A stretch of DNA of 64,000 nt from the human T2T-CHM13v2.0 reference genome, Homo sapiens, in NCBI RefSeq assembly GCF_009914755.1, contig NC_060940.1, one strand, 5' to 3'. This document shows, one piece after another, positions 59,042-64,000 of this stretch. Made by a program: the position numbers and the translations under genes. The notes under the pieces are model-generated. The model saw only the letters and a program-made list of their open reading frames with translations. It made no database searches and was not told the DNA's origin. Position 1 is the first letter of the stretch. The number at the start of each line of letters is the position of its first letter.

Positions 59042-62000
59042 TTATAGAGAGAAAGGAGGCCCAAGGGGACCCAAGGCGACTAGGCAGGCAGGGTGCCTAG
59101 AGGAGAGCCAGGCCAGTGCCCACGGTGCCAAGGCTGGTCCCCCCGAGAGTGTGTTGGCCAAAAGGGCCCTTTCTCTGATCTGGATGCTATCTTCCTGAGT
59201 TCTCAGTGACTGATCTGGGGGTCCTAAATGGGCAAAACACTATGGCCAACTTCAATAGCCTTTCCAGGCCCTGGGGACCCTGGTGGTCTGTGTTATGTCA
59301 GGCAGGGGGCAGGGACAGGGAGTTTGGGGATGCCTGCTGGATGCGTCTATCTGTCCCTTGAGGGAAGAGGCTGATCACACCCATTGGCCAGCCCCAGCAG
59401 CTGGTTATGCCAGCATCTGGCTTAGCCTGAGGAAGGATGGGGAAGAGGATGTGGCTGGCTTGGGAGACACTGCTGGTATCTGCTCAGCCTCCTCCCTCCC
59501 TCTGCCACCCCCTCTCCTACTCACCGGCCTCAGGGTCTTATTCATGGTCAGCTGTTGGGGTGGGAAGGTTCCAGGACCTTGTGGAGGGGAGGGGCCGCTA
59601 TCTGGGCTGCTAGTGTGCCCAGAGGTGACTTTGGGCGGGAGATTTAAGCTCTTCCTTATCAGTTAAATCAGGATAATTATAATCCTTATCCCTCGTGCTG
59701 TCAGCAGGATTAAAGCAGATAACCAATAATACATTGAAAGCGGCTGGCACACAGTGAGGGCTCAGTACAAGAGATGTGAATTCAGGGCTAACTCCGCTGC
59801 TGAGCATCTGGGCAGCGAACTTCTGCAAACCCCTCAAATCACACCTGTTCTTGCCCCCTCCCCAAAGGGAGGCTGGTCCCCCGGGTGGAAAGGGTGGAGA
59901 GGGCTCCCAAGGGAGGGCTCCGAAAAGGACATGGCGAAGTGGCAAAAAGAGGCTGCTGGACCAGGGGGACACGTGTGTCCAGGAGCTGAGAGTGGTGGGC
60001 AGCTCTGGCCACCTCACCTGGCTGTGTTCTAGAAACAGGGAGGGATGTGGAGGGTGAGAATCCACAACCTGGCTTCTTGTCCCATAAGGAAGCCTGGACC
60101 CTGCCTGGCTGGGTGACTGAAGGGATGATTTAGAAACTGTTCTGGTAAAATTCCACACAGAGCCCAAAAGTAAGACCATCCCTCACCTCTGAGCAGAGCG
60201 GGGCACCAGGGTTTGCTTCCTGGCCCTTCTTCCTGTCTTTTCAGATCCTTCTAACTCTGCCCTGGCTCCCCTGGCCTGTTGTCCTCTCACTCTTCCCAGC
60301 ATTCTCACTCACCCCTTCTCACACACACCTTCCCACTCTGTCCCCACCTTCTAGGGCCAGGGAAACTGGGCCCCGGGAGGCCAGGACTCCAGTCTTTGGC
60401 AGCAATCACAGTACTGAGCTTGGAGGTAAAGCCAGAAGAGTTAACACCAGCAAGCCCTTCTGCCCCAGGGGCAGGTGTGCAAACCCACCCCAGGCCTGGG
60501 GACCCTCGGCTGAGACAAAGCTGCCACCTTCATGGCCTCTTTCCCAGCTCCTCCATGTCCCGATCCAAAAGACCTACCCCAGCCCCCGCTGCCTGGGTCA
60601 GCAACAGAGAGAGGGCTCAGGTTGGAGCACCGCGGGCTCCCCCAGCCTCTCTGTTCCCACTAACGGAGCTGGGATTTCCCGTGAGGTGAACGAGGCAGCA
60701 GCAGCACCCTTTTTTGGAAAGTCAAAAGTGAAAAGAAAAGAAAAAAGCAGAAAAGCACCCTCTGCCCTCCTGGGAAGCCCTGCTCCCTGTGCTGATTTTC
60801 TGGGGCGCTGAAGGGGTTCCCATGCACACCCGGGCAGGTGGGGGCTCCGTCCAGAGTAGGCCTCCACATCCTCCCAGGGCCCAGCCCTCGCCCTTCCGTC
60901 TCAGCCCAGAGACACAGGAGGAAGGGGAGGAAGAGTGAGTGTGTAGAGAGAGAATGAGAGAGAGGTGGGGAAGGTGAGTCAGGCTGCTTGGACAGCTGGC
61001 CCGGAGCCAGGCAGGGAGCAGTCCATGGGGGAGGAGGGGCCCCTCGTCCCCTTGGGTGTGGTCGTGGTGACAGCATAGGTGACGGTGGCACAGCCTGGGT
61101 TAATCCTCCCCTTGCCTCCTGCAGTGATGGGGCCGGGGTCAGCCCTGAACCACAGCTCGGGGAGACTGGGAGGAGCTGACCACAGAGCTGGCAATGTGGG
61201 CTGGATCTCCCGTCCCCAGCCAGCCTCAGACCCCAGCTCCTCCCTCCAGGACAGTTTTGTTCATGTCACATCACCCTGATGGCTGCCACATTTGTTCAGT
61301 CCCGGTCAGCTCTTTTCAGAATTCAAGCCCTAAGCCAAGCTCACAGATGCCTCTCTCTGCAGCTCCTTCCAGTACCATCCACTGGCCACTCAGGACAGGA
61401 CCCTGAGCCAGGACACACTGTAGCTCACCCTTTGGTCCCCTCATCAGTCCCCAAACTCTCCCCATTCCCCTCCGATCTCCCCCTGTTCCAGACTGAGGTC
61501 CTGACCCTGCCAGTGCCCAGGGCCCAAGCTGGGGGTTGAGGTTCGGAAACCAGGTCCCAGCTCGCCGGCTGCATGGCCGGGCAGCCTTTCCTCTGGCTGG
61601 CCTCCATCTTGCCCTGGGTTCTGCACCTCTTAGGAGGGGACATGGCACAGCACAACTTCCTTCGGCCTCTCTGGTTGGATCCTGAGGCGTCTGTGCTGTG
61701 GGCGGATGGGTTCTCCCAGAGGCGGCTGTGATCTCATGCGACAGGTGGGATCTCTGTGTTCCCAGTGTCAGGGCCAAGGGGGCCCAGCAGACAGTCAGCT
61801 TTGTGGGGTCCCCACCCCACTCTGCTCACCTGTGTTCCTTGGGCGAGCATCCCATGCCACCTCCTGGGGTAATAACTCTTTATGGCGGTGGTGGGGAGGG
61901 GTTACTGTCCCCTGCACCAGGCTGTGAGCTCTCGCAGGGAGGGGCCTGTCCCATTTGTTTCTGTGTCTTTGAGGCCCAAACTAGGCAGAGGGCATGCAGG

Positions 62001-62070
62001 GTAGGGGTTTATGGACATGCACATTTGTGTCTGTTCCTAAGCTGGAAGGAAATGGCACCAAGCCCAGCTC

Positions 62071-62114
62071 CCTCCAGTGACCCCCTCCAGTGACCCCCTC
62101 CAGTGACCCCTCCA
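62071..62114. repeat. Short tandem repeat, ~3 copies of the 13-mer CCTCCAGTGACCC
   Basis: Seen directly. Confidence 0.85.
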
Positions 62115-62705
62115 GGCAAAGCTGCTTCTCCCCTGCCGCTGAGTGACTCCTTTTCCACCGTGACCGCTCAGCTCCTCCAGGGCTCATCTCACCAGTCTAT
62201 GGGGTCTGCTCAGCCATAGCAAGGCACTGGCCTCTTGATGCCAAAAGAGGCTTATCCTAAGACTGCAGGCATCTCTGACTCCTCCCAAACACGGAGGATG
62301 GCTTCAGCGCTGTCTCCTGCTGGACTCAGCAGTCTCCTGTGCCCTGCACTGGCCAATGTCGCTTCCACATGGCTGCAGGTGCCAGGGGCAGCTCTACCTT
62401 GTGCCCTGGTCAAAATGGGCATGTCTGGGCCTGCCAAGCCTGTCACAGCCCCTTCTCAGCTTCAGGGGTCCTGGCGGGAGAATTCTTCTTCTCCAGGGGT
62501 GTCTGGGATCTGGTTCCATGCTCAGAACTTGTCTGCTATTTTTCTGAACTTTCCACCAGTGAGGCACCCCCACACCCCTGCCGGAGTTTGCTGTCCCAGG
62601 TCATGCCTCTGGGCTGTGGACACCTGCTTCTCCTTCCCCTTCTCCCCTGGGCACACGTCATGCCCACTCCCAGCTTTGGCTCCACACACCCTCTTCCTCT
62701 CCTCA

Positions 62706-62870
<165 letters not shown>

Positions 62871-63040
62871 TTATACACAGTGGGTGAGGGAAGAGGGCAG
62901 AGCCCCGAGCTGCCCCGAGAAGAGGCAGCCAGGAGTGGTGAGAGCCCCGTGGGTGGGGCAGGGTGGTGGAGATCAAGGACGCTGGGTACTTTGGAAAACA
63001 GAGAGACCCTGATGTGAGCATTGTTATTCTCTGTATTTTA

Positions 63041-63406
<366 letters not shown>

Positions 63407-64000
63407 TTTCTGCATAAATAAAAGAGGCAGAAAGATCTGGGAGAGGAAGTGAGCCAGTGGAGAGACTGCAGGGAAAGAAGCTTGCTTAGTGGGAGCCCTC
63501 CGGGAAAGGGGTCCCTGCCGGTTCTCCTTCAGGTCCCTGGCAGGTGCCAGGCAAAGGGAGTCCCAGGGTAGCGCCCAGGGCACCTGGTGGGGCTCACAGG
63601 GCCACACTGATGAGTCACAGGCTGTGGCTTCTAGGGCCACATACCCACAAGAAAGAAAGGCAGCAGGGAGCGAGGGAGGCTGTCCCTGCAGCAACACCCG
63701 AGTGCCAGTCAGCAGCCACACGTGGGGTGGGATTGGCAGAGCAGTGCCCAAGTGGGCTCAAGGTTAAATCGAACTCACAAAGAGGTAAAGTCAGAGGGAA
63801 ACGGGATGTGCTGGGAAAAGCACACAGCCCCAGCCAGCTCTGACGTCACGCAGGGTGAGGCCAGAGACAGCAGGCTGGCACGTAAGTGAAACCCATGCTG
63901 CCCCGAAGGAGGGGCAGAGAGAGCGCTTGCCTTCTCTGTGTCCTTGTGACTGAAGGAAGCCATGGTGCTGGTGGCCATGGCAGGGAGCTGGAAGCTGGGC

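Overview
Human genomic DNA (both proteins match the human sequences I know; locus 16q23.1). Two minus-strand genes lie in tandem. (1) MLKL, the necroptosis executioner pseudokinase: non-coding exon 1 in a CpG island (~23.0-23.8 kb) and coding exons 2-7 (aa 1-346); the rest of the gene runs off the left edge. (2) FA2H, fatty acid 2-hydroxylase: coding exons 2-7 (aa 91-372) and the 3'UTR/poly(A) region (~35.7-62.8 kb); exon 1 lies beyond the right edge. The remainder is Alu-dense intron and intergenic DNA with L1, L2, MIR, LTR and hAT fossils, and most ORF-track entries are Alu-derived or chance GC-rich ORFs. Most notable observations: a ~255-bp non-Alu inverted duplication in FA2H intron 2 whose left arm is flanked by an exact 11-bp direct repeat (templated insertion); MLKL exon 2 (462 nt) and exons 2+3 (537 nt) would form stop-free circular ORFs of the killer domain if back-spliced, with inverted Alus flanking exon 2; MLKL exon 1 is open and in frame with the CDS (possible 87-aa non-AUG extension); a GC-AG intron directly follows the 4HB exon; and an ISRE plus two GAS motifs cluster in MLKL intron 1. 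Functional interpretations are hypotheses; repeat boundaries and subfamilies were read by eye.
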